A DNA stretch of 64,000 bases from an uncultured Syntrophaceae bacterium (GCA_964578535.1 CAZODI010000012.1:20183-84182), one strand, 5' to 3'; positions 51,307 to 64,000 are shown, numbered from the stretch's first letter. A program made the numbers and translations. The notes: a model not told the origin generated them from the letters alone.

Positions 51307-52832
51307 TCCTCATCGTCGACTTCGGGTCGCAGTACAACCAGCTCATCGCCCGGCGTGTCCGGGAACACCATGTCTACTGCCAGATCGAGCCTCCGGACCT
51401 CCCGCTGGAGAAGATCCGGGACCTGAATCCCGAGGGAATCATCCTTTCGGGGGGACCCGCCAGCATCTACGAGCCCGGCAGCCCCAAGGCGGATCCGGGG
51501 ATCTTCGGCCTGGGCATCCCCGTCCTGGGAATCTGCTACGGTCTCCATTTCATGGCGGACGCCCTGGGGGGTGAGGTCATCCCGGCGAAAAAGCGGGAGT
51601 ACGGCTTTGCCGAGCTCCAGATCCGGAAGCCGGAAGGGATCTTCAAGGGCATTCACCAGGATTCCCGCTGCTGGATGAGCCACGGCGATTCCATCGGCAA
51701 GCTCCCGAAGGGCTTCCGCATCACCGCCACGACACCCAGCACCCGGGTCGCCGCTGCGGAGGACCCGAAGCGGCACTTCTACGGCCTCCAGTTTCACCCC
51801 GAGGTGGTCCACACCCCGGAAGGCAGGCGGATGCTGGGCAACTTCCTCTTCGACGTCTGCCGCTGCAAGCGCTCCTGGACCATGAAGAATTTCGCCCGGG
51901 ACACCATCGCGGAGACCCGGGAGGAGGTCGGCGAGAAGAAGGTCATCCTGGGACTGAGCGGCGGGGTGGACTCCTCCGTGGCCGCGGTCCTCCTTCACCA
52001 GGCCATCGGGGAACAGCTGACCTGCGTCTTCGTGGACAACGGGGTCCTCCGTCACGGGGAGGCCGAAAAGGTCCAGGAGGTCTTCCGCAGCAACTACCGC
52101 ATGAAGCTCCGCTTCGTCCGGGCAGGGAGAGAATTCCTGAAAAAGCTCAAGGGAGTGGAGGACCCGGAACGGAAACGGAAGATCATCGGCCGAACCTTCA
52201 TCGAGGTCTTCGACCGGGAGGCCAGAAAGATCAAAGGCGCCGAATTCCTCGCCCAGGGAACGCTCTACCCGGACCTGATCGAATCGCGGTCGGTCTTCGG
52301 CGGCCCCAGCGCCGTCATCAAGTCCCACCACAACGTGGGCGGGCTCCCGAAGCGCATGAAGCTCCGGCTCGTGGAGCCCCTGAAGCACCTCTTCAAGGAC
52401 GAGGTCCGCCTCCTGGGAAAGGAACTGGGGCTCCCGGAGGAGATGATCTGGCGGCAGCCCTTCCCCGGCCCGGGCCTGGCCATCCGGATCATCGGCGAGG
52501 TGACGGAGCGCCGCCTGTCCGTCCTGCGCAAGTGCGACGTGATCTTCCTCGAGGAGATCCGCGCGGCCGGGCTATACCGGAAACTCTGGCAGTCATTCAC
52601 GGTCCTCCTGCCCGTCAAGAGCGTCGGCATCATGGGAGACCAGCGGACCTACGAAAACATCCTCGCCCTCCGGGCCGTCACCAGCGACGACGCCATGACG
52701 GCCGACTGGGCACGCCTGCCCCACGACCTCCTGGGAAAGGTCTCCAACCGGATCATCAACGAGGTGAGGGGCGTCAACCGGGTGGTCTACGACATCAGCT
52801 CCAAGCCACCCAGCACCATCGAGTGGGAGTAA
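51303..52832 (+). CDS. guaA: GMP synthase (glutamine-hydrolysing)
   Basis: 509 aa. The ATG overlaps the carA stop (ATGA). GATase GICYGLH...QFHPE, ATP-PPase P-loop LSGGVDSSV, and C-terminal KPPSTIEWE. Confidence 0.95.
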
Positions 52833-52834
52833 TC

Positions 52835-56068
<3,234 letters not shown>

Positions 56069-56090
56069 GAACAGACCGAAGAGGGCGGGC

Positions 56091-57533
56091 ATGAAAGACA
56101 GGGAACGAGACAACGGGAAGCCCCGGGAGGAGTGCGGCGTCTTCGCCGTCTACGGGCACCGGGAGGCGGCGCGGGTCACCTATTTCGGCCTTTTCGCCCT
56201 ACAGCACCGCGGGCAGGAGAGCGCCGGCATCAAGGTGGCCGACGGCTGCCGGGTCTGGGGCCACAAGGGCATGGGGCTTGTCTCCGAGGTCTTCCCGGAG
56301 CAGACCCTGGCGAAACTGACGGGAACCATGGCCATCGGGCACGTCCGCTACTCCACGACGGGATCGTCGGTGATTTCCAACGCCCAGCCCTTTCTCGTCC
56401 ACCACGGCGAGGAATACTACGCCATCGCCCACAATGGAAACCTGACCAACGCCCTGGCCATCCGCCGGGAGCTCGAGGTGCGGGGATCCATCTTCCAGTC
56501 CACCATGGACACGGAGGTGATCGTCCACCTGATGGCCCGCCATCTCGATGCGGGCATTGAGAGCGCCCTCACCCACGCCCTCTCGCGGGTCGAAGGCGCC
56601 TACAGCCTCGTGATCCTGACGCGAAACACCGTTGTCGCCGCCCGGGATCCCCGGGGGTTTCGGCCCCTGTGCCTGGGCCGCCTCGGCGACGGCTGGGTCG
56701 TCGCCTCGGAAACCTGCGCTTTCGATCTCGTGGGAGCCCAGTATGTGAGGGACATCCGTCCCGGGGAAATCCTCATTATCGACGAGAACGGCCCCCGCAG
56801 CATCGAGCCCTTTCCACCGCTCCCGCAGGCTCGCTGCATCTTTGAGCTGATCTACTTCGCCCGCCCCGACAGCCAGGTCTTCGGCCAGAACGTCTATCTC
56901 TGCCGGAAGCGCCTGGGCCGGCAGATGGCCCGGGAGTACCGGCCCGACGTGGACTTCGTGATGCCCTTCCCGGACTCGGGGAACTATGCGGCCCTGGGCT
57001 ACGCGGAGGGGAGCGGCATCCCCTTCGAGATGGGCATGATCCGCAACCACTATGTCGGCCGCACCTTCATCCAGCCGACCCAGACGGTCCGTGACTTCGG
57101 CGTGCGGGTGAAGCTGAACCCCGTCCGGCCGCTCATCGCGGGACAGCGCGTTCTCATCGTGGAGGACTCCATCATCCGGGGCACGACCAGCCGCAACCGG
57201 GTACGAAACCTGCGGGACAACGGCGCCCGGGAGGTCCACATGGCCGTGAGCTGCCCCCCGACACGACACCCCTGTCCGTACGGCATCGACTTCTCTTCCA
57301 AGGGGGAACTCCTGGCTGCCGAAATGAACGACATGGAGGAGATCGCCCGCTTCGTCGGCCTCGATTCGGTGCATTACCTCTCCGTGGAGGGCATGGTGGC
57401 CGCCACGGGCGTGGAGGCCAACGGCTTCTGCCTCGCCTGCTACACCGGGGAATACCCCGTCGCGCCGCCGGAAACCTTCGGCAAGCACTGCCTCGAACCG
57501 GCCGACCCGGTCCAGCTCACCCTGATTCCATAA
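56091..57533 (+). CDS. purF: amidophosphoribosyltransferase
   Basis: 480 aa. Propeptide then CGVFAV. Conserved HVRYSTTG, HNGNLTN, DTEV. PRPP loop VLIVEDSIIRGTT. Fe-S cysteines (CPPTRHPC, CLAC). Confidence 0.93.
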   Translation: MKDRERDNGKPREECGVFAVYGHREAARVTYFGLFALQHRGQESAGIKVADGCRVWGHKGMGLVSEVFPEQTLAKLTGTMAIGHVRYSTTGSSVISNAQPFLVHHGEEYYAIAHNGNLTNALAIRRELEVRGSIFQSTMDTEVIVHLMARHLDAGIESALTHALSRVEGAYSLVILTRNTVVAARDPRGFRPLCLGRLGDGWVVASETCAFDLVGAQYVRDIRPGEILIIDENGPRSIEPFPPLPQARCIFELIYFARPDSQVFGQNVYLCRKRLGRQMAREYRPDVDFVMPFPDSGNYAALGYAEGSGIPFEMGMIRNHYVGRTFIQPTQTVRDFGVRVKLNPVRPLIAGQRVLIVEDSIIRGTTSRNRVRNLRDNGAREVHMAVSCPPTRHPCPYGIDFSSKGELLAAEMNDMEEIARFVGLDSVHYLSVEGMVAATGVEANGFCLACYTGEYPVAPPETFGKHCLEPADPVQLTLIP

Positions 57534-57802
57534 GAATCTTTCCTTTTCCCCGGACAACGGGCTCTCCGGCGCATCGGGCATATCCGTGTCCCGCAGGCGG
57601 ACCCACGCCGTATCGGAAGAAATCTTGCCCCGACATCCTTATTGAACAGATAGCATTTATCTATCAATTCTGATACACAGGGACGTCTTTCCCGCCTCGT
57701 TTGTCCGTTTGTGACCCGGGCTCCGAGCGGGATCCCGGTGTGGATATCCTGCAAGTCCCTTCGGGCGGCATCTCCGGAGAAGCCGCCCCGACAGGAGGCC
57801 CC

Positions 57803-60697
57803 GTGGAGAATGGGCGCAAGACAAAGGCGCGGCTGATCGAGGAACTGCAAACCCTCCGCCGGCAGGTTGCCTCTCCCGGGGAGGGCGACCCCCTCCTGGA
57901 ACATTCCCCCCTGGGCATTCTCGTTTTTCAGGACAACCGCTTCGTCGTCGTCAATCCCGCCCTGGAAGTCATGACCGGGCGCAGCCGGGACGAGCTCCTG
58001 GCGCTCACCAGGACCGGCATGGACGGGCTTCTGCACCCGGAGGACCGCGACGTCGTATGGCGCCGCCTGACCGAAAGGCTGGAGGGGACCCCCCTCTCTC
58101 CATCCAACCGTCTCCGCATCGTCCGTCCGGACGGCAGTATCCTTCCGGCGGAGGCCTACATCAACGTCACCCGCTATCAGGGCCGGCCCGCCGTTCAGGT
58201 CCACTTCATCGACGTCACGGAACGCCTGAAGACCGAAGAGGCCCTGCGGGAATCGGAGGAGAAATACCGCAACCTGGCGGAAAACGCCAACGAGGCCATC
58301 TTCGTGGCCCAGGACGGCATCATCCGCTACATCAACCCGAAATCGACGGAGATCGCGGGATATACAAGAGAAGAGTTCATTTCCCACTCCTTCCTGGAGT
58401 TCATCCACCCGGAAGACCAGCAGATGGTGGTCGAGCGGCACCTCCAGCGCCTGGCCGGGGAGGTGCCTGCTTCCTATTCCTACGTGTTTCGGGTTGTAAC
58501 AAAGGATGGCGCGGTCAAGTGGGTCGAGCTCAAGGGAGTCCGCATCGACTGGGAGGGAAAACCGGCCACTCTCAACTTCCTCGACGACATCACGGCGCGC
58601 CGGGCGGCGGAGGAGGCCCTGCTGGCGAGCGAAGGACGCTTCCGGGCTCTCTTCGATTCCATCGAGGATTTTGTCTTCATCAAGGACACGGACCGGCGAT
58701 ATACCCTGGTGAACGCGTTTTTCCGGAAACGGTTCGGAATTCAAATCGATGCCTTCCTCGGCAGGAAGGACGCGGAGATCGGGATCTTCGAATCCCTCCC
58801 GGATACGCAGGAGATCATCGCCGACACGGACACCCGGGTGCTGGCGGGAGAAAGCGTCGAATACGAGCTGACACACCGCATCCAGGGTACTTCCCTTACC
58901 TTCCACGTCATCAAGACCCCCATCCGGGACGAGCGAGGAACCGTCGAGGGAATCTGCGGCCTCTCCCGGGACGTCACGGAACGCCGGCGGATCGAGGAGA
59001 GCCTTCGTATCTCCGAGGAAAACTACCGGCACATCTTTGAGCACGCCGCGGAGGGGATCTTCCAGAGCACTCCCGACGGGCGATATCTCCAGATGAACCC
59101 GGCGCTGGCCCGGATGTGCGGTTATGAAACGCCGGGGCAGATGATCCGCTCCGTGACGGACATCGCCACCCAGGTCTTTCTGGACCCCCTGGACCGGGAG
59201 CGCTTCCGGGAAATCCTGGAGCGGGAAGGGGTTGTCCGGAGCTTCGAGTGCCGGATGCAGAGGAGGAGCGGAGAGTCCTTCTGGGTGTCCATGAATGCAA
59301 ATTGCGTCCGGAATCCCTCCGGGCAGGTTCTCTACTACGAGGGCATCCTGGAGAACATCGACGACCGCCGGACGGCGGAGAACGCCCTCCGGGAATCACA
59401 GCAGCAGCTGGCCGACATCATCAGCTTCCTGCCCGACGCGACGCTGGCCATCGATGCGGACGGGAACGTCATCGTCTGGAACCGGGCAATCGAGGAGATG
59501 ACGGGCATCCCGGCCTCCGAGATGATCGGCCGGGGGGACTACGCCTATACGATCCCTTTCTACGGCGAACGCCGCCCCCAACTCATGGATCTGATCTGGG
59601 GGGACAACGCCGATCTCGAGACCCGCTACTCCCAGGTCCGGAAAGACGGCGGCGCCATTACCGCGGAGGCATTCTGCCCCGCCCTGTACGGCGGCCGCGG
59701 CGCGTACATCTTCATGAAGGTCTCACCCCTCCACGACCGGGAGGGGCGGATCATCGGCGCCATCGAATCCATCCGGGACATCAGCGAACGCAAGCGCATG
59801 GAGGAGGTTCTCCAGCAGAGCGAGGAGCGCTACCGGACCATCATCGAGAACATCGAGGACGGGTACTGCGAGGTGGACCTGGAGGGGAACTTCACGTTTT
59901 TCAACGGCTCTCTGCAGCGGATCATGGGATACGAAGCCGACGAACTGCGCGGCATGAACTTCCAGAAGTACATGGACGAGGACAACAGCCACAGGGTCTC
60001 CCGGACATTCGACGGCATTCTCGAGACGGGCGCTCCCGTGGACCGCTTTGAGTGTGAGATCCTGCGCGGGAACGGCGTCCGCAGGACGGTGGAGATGTCG
60101 GCCACGCTGATCCGGGACGCGGAGGGCAATCCCACGGGATTCCGGAGCATCGCCCGGGACACCACGGAGCGCAAGAAGGCCGAAGAGGCCATCCGGGAAA
60201 TGGCCTACCACGACATCCTCACGGGCCTGCCGAACCGCCAGTTATTCACGGACCGCCTGGAGATGGCCCTGGCCCGGGCCGAGCGGGAAGGAGGCGTCCT
60301 GGCCGTCCTGATGATGGATCTCGACCGCTTCAAGGAAATCAACGACACCCTGGGACACACCGTCGGGGACGAGCTCCTGGTCGCCGTCGCCTCCCGCCTG
60401 AAGGGCCTGTTCCGGAGAGTGGACACGGTGGCCCGCTTCGGCGGTGACGAGTTCGTCATCCTGCTGCCGGAGGTCCGGGGCGACGAAGACACGCTCTGGA
60501 TCTGCCAGAAGGCCGTGGAGGCCATCCGGGAGCCCTTCACCTGCGGGGAGCACGTCATGGAGGTCACCACGAGCATCGGGGCGGCCCTTTACCCGTCCCA
60601 CGGCTCCGACATGAACACGCTGCTCCGGAATGCCGACGTGGCCATGTACAAGGCGAAACGGGCGGGCAGAAACCGGTGCGCCTTCTTCAGCGGCTGA
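57803..60697 (+). CDS. multi-PAS diguanylate cyclase (GGDEF with I-site)
   Basis: The ORF opens at TTG 57701. GTG 57803, preceded by AGGAGG, is preferred. About seven PAS/PAC repeats are separated by E(E/N)(K/R)YR linkers. The C-terminal GGDEF domain contains RFGGDEF with RRVD (RxxD) five residues upstream. Confidence 0.88.
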   Translation: MENGRKTKARLIEELQTLRRQVASPGEGDPLLEHSPLGILVFQDNRFVVVNPALEVMTGRSRDELLALTRTGMDGLLHPEDRDVVWRRLTERLEGTPLSPSNRLRIVRPDGSILPAEAYINVTRYQGRPAVQVHFIDVTERLKTEEALRESEEKYRNLAENANEAIFVAQDGIIRYINPKSTEIAGYTREEFISHSFLEFIHPEDQQMVVERHLQRLAGEVPASYSYVFRVVTKDGAVKWVELKGVRIDWEGKPATLNFLDDITARRAAEEALLASEGRFRALFDSIEDFVFIKDTDRRYTLVNAFFRKRFGIQIDAFLGRKDAEIGIFESLPDTQEIIADTDTRVLAGESVEYELTHRIQGTSLTFHVIKTPIRDERGTVEGICGLSRDVTERRRIEESLRISEENYRHIFEHAAEGIFQSTPDGRYLQMNPALARMCGYETPGQMIRSVTDIATQVFLDPLDRERFREILEREGVVRSFECRMQRRSGESFWVSMNANCVRNPSGQVLYYEGILENIDDRRTAENALRESQQQLADIISFLPDATLAIDADGNVIVWNRAIEEMTGIPASEMIGRGDYAYTIPFYGERRPQLMDLIWGDNADLETRYSQVRKDGGAITAEAFCPALYGGRGAYIFMKVSPLHDREGRIIGAIESIRDISERKRMEEVLQQSEERYRTIIENIEDGYCEVDLEGNFTFFNGSLQRIMGYEADELRGMNFQKYMDEDNSHRVSRTFDGILETGAPVDRFECEILRGNGVRRTVEMSATLIRDAEGNPTGFRSIARDTTERKKAEEAIREMAYHDILTGLPNRQLFTDRLEMALARAEREGGVLAVLMMDLDRFKEINDTLGHTVGDELLVAVASRLKGLFRRVDTVARFGGDEFVILLPEVRGDEDTLWICQKAVEAIREPFTCGEHVMEVTTSIGAALYPSHGSDMNTLLRNADVAMYKAKRAGRNRCAFFSG

Positions 60698-60762
60698 GCC
60701 CGGAACGAAGCGGGCTGCCGCCCTTCAGGACCAACCCGCCCTGCGCCGCCCCCGGCTGCAGG

Positions 60763-61488
60763 TCAGGCCGCAGGACCGCCCGGTCGCGTCTTCGCGGCGA
60801 CGCTCTCATGGCTCCACTGGTCGGGCCGCCTTCCCGTAATGCCCTCGTAGAAGGCCCGGATCTCCGCCATGTCCCGCTCGATGTCTCCGGTGGGATGAAA
60901 GAGCGGTCCCACTCCTCCGACCTTGCGGCGGTAATCCATGAAGCCCAGGCAGATGGGAACCCCGGCGCCGTGGGCGATGTGATAGAAGCCCGTCTTCCAG
61001 TAACGGACTTTTTTCCGGGTCCCCTCGGGGGGAATGATCATGGCCAGCGCCTCCGAGGTCCGGAATCGTTCAACGGACTGGGCCACCAGGTTTGTGGACT
61101 GCCTCCGGTCCACCTCGATCCCTCCGAGCCAGCGGCAGATCGGGCCCATGATTCCCCGGAACAGGGTGTGCTTGCCCATCCAGTAAACCTTCAGGCGGAA
61201 GGCGAAGGCAAGCATCAGGGTCAGGGGAAAGTCCCAGTTCGACGTGTGGGGCGCCGCAATGACCACGAATTTGGGGATCTCCGGGAGCTTCCCTTCTTTC
61301 TTCCAGCCCGTGACCCTGAGCAGGAAAAGGGAGAGTCCATAAAAGAACTGCTTCAGGACGGGCGTGTCGAACATGGTTCTCGACATGATGCGCCCCTGGA
61401 CGGGCGCATCGATCGTGTCCCGCGGAGGCGACGACGAAGGGACAGCGGCGGCATCGGCCTCCTGCCCGGAACGGATTTGCCTCTCCAA
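60763..61488 (-). CDS. PlsC-family lysophospholipid acyltransferase
   Basis: 241 aa from TTG 61488 (strong RBS AAGGAGGA 8 nt upstream). Internal ATGs at 61386 and 61374 are alternatives. Acyltransferase motifs HTSNWD (HxxxxD) and PPEGTR. Confidence 0.8.
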   Translation of the reverse strand: MERQIRSGQEADAAAVPSSSPPRDTIDAPVQGRIMSRTMFDTPVLKQFFYGLSLFLLRVTGWKKEGKLPEIPKFVVIAAPHTSNWDFPLTLMLAFAFRLKVYWMGKHTLFRGIMGPICRWLGGIEVDRRQSTNLVAQSVERFRTSEALAMIIPPEGTRKKVRYWKTGFYHIAHGAGVPICLGFMDYRRKVGGVGPLFHPTGDIERDMAEIRAFYEGITGRRPDQWSHESVAAKTRPGGPAA

Positions 61489-61749
61489 GTGGGTTTCCTC
61501 CTTCTGTCTGCTTCGTGAAGCGTTTCCATTTCCCCGATGGGTCGGCGCGGGATCCCCGCTGCCGTCGAACGGACCGGCCGGAAAACGGCTGAGGGTACGG
61601 CAGGAATGGTGTAGCGGGGCGGCAAGGCGCCTGCTGCGCTTCCCTGCACCCTCTTCACCTGTAGATTGGATTTCCCTCCGAGAGGCCTCTTATCCGAACG
61701 TCATCGGGGTGTCAATTCGGAAAAAATTGCTGCGGGGAATGGAAAATGC

Positions 61750-61812
61750 CGTGAAAACAAAGAGGAGGGAGAGGTCCCCGCTCCCCGGGGGTACGGGTAT
61801 TGGGACCTCTCC
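61750..61812 (-). terminator. rho-independent terminator of amtB-glnK
   Basis: Perfect 11-bp stem: GGAGAGGTCCC (61768-61778) with GGGACCTCTCC (61802-61812). On the minus strand it is followed by CTCCTCTTTGTTTTCAC. Confidence 0.6.
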
Positions 61813-61897
61813 TTTGGCGCTGTCCGGGCGGTCGCCCGGCGGGTTGAAGAAAATGGGGTTCCGGATGGAATGCTCAGGACCTGCGATGCGCCGTCCG

Positions 61898-62242
61898 TCA
61901 GCCGATGGCCTCCCCGCCATGCTCACCCGTGCGGATGCGGATGGTCTCGGCCAGGTCCAGAATAAAGATCTTGCCGTCCCCGACTTCGCCCGTCCGGGCG
62001 CTCTGGGTAATCGCCCGGACGGCAGGCTCGACGAAGTCCTCGTTCACGGCGATCTCCAGTTTGACCTTTTTCAGGAGGCTCCCCGCCTCCCGGACAGCCC
62101 CTCGATACACTTCCGTCACACCCTTCTGCCGCCCGCGGCCGAGGACGGTGGAGACGGTCACAAGGGGGATCTGCACTTCCTCCAGGGCCTTCATGACCTC
62201 GTCCAGTTTGTGGGGCTGAATGAGGGCGATAATGTATTTCAT
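61898..62242 (-). CDS. glnK: P-II nitrogen regulatory protein (GlnK-type)
   Basis: 114 aa. [17 protein letters not shown]-loop [18 protein letters not shown], and C-terminal [11 protein letters not shown]...IRIRTGE. RBS GGGAGG, 15 nt after the amtB stop. Confidence 0.92.
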   Translation of the reverse strand: MKYIIALIQPHKLDEVMKALEEVQIPLVTVSTVLGRGRQKGVTEVYRGAVREAGSLLKKVKLEIAVNEDFVEPAVRAITQSARTGEVGDGKIFILDLAETIRIRTGEHGGEAIG

Positions 62243-62257
62243 GACGAACCTCCCTTT

Positions 62258-63490
62258 CTATTCGATGACCGTGTAGGCCGCTTCGCTCTGCTGGGTCAGG
62301 TCGAGGCCGATGGTCTCGTCCTTTTCCGGAACGCGCATGCCGATCAGGGCGTCCACAACCTTGAAGAGGATCCAGGTCATGATGCCGGCGAACAGCGGGG
62401 CCACGGCCACCATGATCAGCTGCGGCACGAGCTGCCCGCCGCCGAAGAAAAGGCCGTCCGCTCCGGCGGCATTGACGGCCTTCTCGGCAAAGAGGCCCGT
62501 AGCGATGGTTCCCCAGATCCCGCCGACACCATGCACGCCGAAGGCATCCAGCGCATCGTCATACCCGAGACGGGACTTGATCACGGCCACCGCAACATAA
62601 CAGAAGACCGCCACCAGGATGCCGATGAAGATCGCATTCATGGGATTCACGAATCCGCAGGCCGGCGTGATGGCGACGAGTCCCGCCACCGCGCCCGTGG
62701 TCGTACCCAGGACCGTCGGGGCCCCGTGCTGCTGCCACTCGATGAGTGCCCAGGTCAGCCCCGCCGCCGCCGTGGCGATGTGCGTCGTTACGAAGGCGTT
62801 CGCGGCGAGTTCATTCGCCCCCAGGGCGCTGCCGGCGTTGAAGCCGAACCAGCCGAACCAGAGCAGGGCGCCGCCCAGCACGGTAAACGGCAGGTTGTGC
62901 GGCCGGAAGGGGGATTTCCGGTAGCCGAGTCGCCTGCCCAGGAGAATGCACAGGACCAGGGCGGAGACGCCGGAACTGACATGGACGACGATGCCCCCGG
63001 CAAAATCCAGCCCCCCCAGGTTCCTCATCCAACCGCCGGTACCCCACACCCAGTGGGCCAGCGGGTCGTAAACGAGGGTCGTCCAGAGCAGCGTGAAGAC
63101 CAGGAACGCGGAGAATTTCATCCGCTCGGCGAAGGCCCCGATGATCAGGGCCGGTGTGATGACGGCGAACATGGCCTGGAAGATCATGAAAACCAGGTGG
63201 GGAATCGTCGCCGCATAGTCCCCGTTCGGCTGGCCTCCCACCGATTTGAGGCCGGCCCACTGGAGCCCCCCGATGATCCCCGAACCCGTGTCGGGCCCGA
63301 AGGAAAGGGAGTAGCCGAACAGCACCCACTGCAGACTGATGACGCACATGACGATGAAACACTGCATCAGGATGGACAGCACGTTTTTTCGCCGGACCAG
63401 CCCCCCGTAAAAGAAGGCCAGACCGGGAATCGTCATGGCAAAGACCAGGACCGTGGAAATCAAGACCCACGCTGTGTCGCCGGTATTCAT
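62258..63490 (-). CDS. amtB: ammonium transporter
   Basis: 410 aa from ATG 63490 (RBS GGGAGGTG; the ORF extends to 63505). Amt signature regions DFAGGIVVHVSSG and FGVHGVGGIWG, with about 11 TM helices. Confidence 0.93.
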   Translation of the reverse strand: MNTGDTAWVLISTVLVFAMTIPGLAFFYGGLVRRKNVLSILMQCFIVMCVISLQWVLFGYSLSFGPDTGSGIIGGLQWAGLKSVGGQPNGDYAATIPHLVFMIFQAMFAVITPALIIGAFAERMKFSAFLVFTLLWTTLVYDPLAHWVWGTGGWMRNLGGLDFAGGIVVHVSSGVSALVLCILLGRRLGYRKSPFRPHNLPFTVLGGALLWFGWFGFNAGSALGANELAANAFVTTHIATAAAGLTWALIEWQQHGAPTVLGTTTGAVAGLVAITPACGFVNPMNAIFIGILVAVFCYVAVAVIKSRLGYDDALDAFGVHGVGGIWGTIATGLFAEKAVNAAGADGLFFGGGQLVPQLIMVAVAPLFAGIMTWILFKVVDALIGMRVPEKDETIGLDLTQQSEAAYTVIE

Positions 63491-63545
63491 GATTACACCT
63501 CCCACACTGCAAGAATAGGGTTTGCCCCAGATGAGACATGAAAGG

Positions 63546-63560
63546 GCAAGGGACGTGCCA
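63546..63560 (-). promoter_or_regulatory. sigma-54 promoter of amtB-glnK
   Basis: The minus strand reads TGGCAC-GTCCC-TTGC, an exact match to the TGGCAC-N5-TTGC core. It lies 56 nt upstream of ATG 63490. Confidence 0.7.
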
Positions 63561-63639
63561 ATGGACCGAGTGAAGCTTAACTGCTCGATATCATATATTC
63601 TATTTCACCTTGACGGCTTTGGGGACAGACCCGGAAGGA

Positions 63640-63672
63640 ACAATCTTGTGCCATAAAATCACTCCAGCACAA
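63640..63672 (-). promoter_or_regulatory. candidate UAS/operator upstream of amtB
   Basis: In gene orientation it reads TTGTGC-N15-GCACAA immediately followed by GATTGT, which creates ACAAGATTGT. It is centred about 90-110 nt upstream of the sigma-54 promoter. The half-sites match those at 42474-42500. Confidence 0.4.
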
Positions 63673-63794
63673 AATCGTGGTCCCCGCTTTTCGGTCCTGA
63701 AGACCATTCTTGAAGATTGACGGGCCGATGAAACAACGATATGAAGAATCCAACCGGCGGCAATCCGCCGTTTTTTTAAACGGAGACCTTCGAA

Positions 63795-64000
63795 ATGATT
63801 CCTTTTTTTAAAATGAGCGGCAGCGGCAACGACTTCATCCTCATCGACAATCGGGATCATATCGTCGAGGCGGCCCTCGGCCCGGTGCAGGTTGTGGATT
63901 TCGTTCAGTCGGCCTGCCGCAGGGTGGCCTCTGTCGGGGCCGACGGCCTGATTCTCATCGAACGGTCCGACCGCCACGCCTTTCGCTGGCGCTTTTTCAA
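63795..64000 (+). CDS. dapF: diaminopimelate epimerase, 5-prime partial (runs off the window)
   Basis: ATG 63795 translates to MIPFFKMSGSGNDFILIDNRD...GADGLILIE, the DapF N-terminal signature (F.KM.G.GNDF). It is absent from the ORF track because no stop is reached. Confidence 0.8.
   Translation, partial: MIPFFKMSGSGNDFILIDNRDHIVEAALGPVQVVDFVQSACRRVASVGADGLILIERSDRHAFRWRFF

Noticed and set aside
61489-61897. A 409-bp gap between glnK and the acyltransferase contains track ORFs 61666-61965(+), 61690-61926(-) and 61353-61658(-). I considered these as small genes.
   Set aside because: The translations are low-complexity and lack RBSs, and they are cut by the 11-bp-stem terminator at 61768-61812. 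The gap is better explained as the amtB-glnK terminator plus the plsC-like promoter and leader. A TTGACA-17-TAAGAG match on the minus strand near 61690-61720 is too weak to list.
63600-63977. 125-aa minus-strand ORF at the right edge of the window.
   Set aside because: It has no motifs or RBS. The opposite strand from 63795 encodes an unmistakable DapF N-terminus (FKMSGSGNDFILID), which explains the open frame.

Overview
GC-rich chromosomal window. It looks bacterial: sigma-54 promoters, a sigma-54 enhancer-binding protein, Mla-type ABC genes and lipobox lipoproteins. By inference it comes from an anaerobic Desulfobacterota/Syntrophia-like organism. I support about 46 protein genes from motifs read directly in the translations. 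I found no rRNA, tRNA, CRISPR array, transposase or integrase.

Layout:
- 0.1-6.4 kb: housekeeping genes (TauE-like permease, nth, fdhE, HI0933-type flavoprotein, acyl-CoA synthetase).
- 6.5-17 kb: a long minus-strand array proA-nadD-(PAS/LuxR regulator)-mlaE/F/D-lipoprotein-metallophosphoesterase-methyltransferase-NUDIX, with several 4-nt overlaps.
- 17.3-24 kb: patatin-like protein, PflX-type radical SAM protein, PpiD-like chaperone, and a class I aldolase/Zn-ADH/nitroreductase trio.
- 24.6-27 kb: fbp-fba.
- 28.3-29.1 kb: an exported SOR-like protein paired with a tetra-His 4-TM protein.
- 29.4-63.5 kb: an unusually dense nitrogen/glutamine hub.

The hub contains a carB paralog with a divergent purF paralog, an archaeal-type NrpR homolog with gdhA, and a degenerate KaiC-like/PEP-pyruvate-binding fusion. 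It also holds a GAF-type (NifA-like) sigma-54 activator, a split archaeal-style glutamate synthase with type III glutamine synthetase behind a sigma-54 promoter, carA-guaA-carB-purF, and amtB-glnK behind a perfect sigma-54 promoter.

The most interesting signal is regulatory. A bacterial sigma-54/EBP circuit and an archaeal-type NrpR repressor coexist here. GGCACA/TGTGCC half-sites and an ACAA-N2-TTGT palindrome recur upstream of the N-assimilation units.

Secondary signals are nested palindromic repeat elements (1.7 kb and 24.1-24.5 kb) and a family of near-identical terminator hairpins. All functional calls rest on motif recognition by eye; no database search was run.
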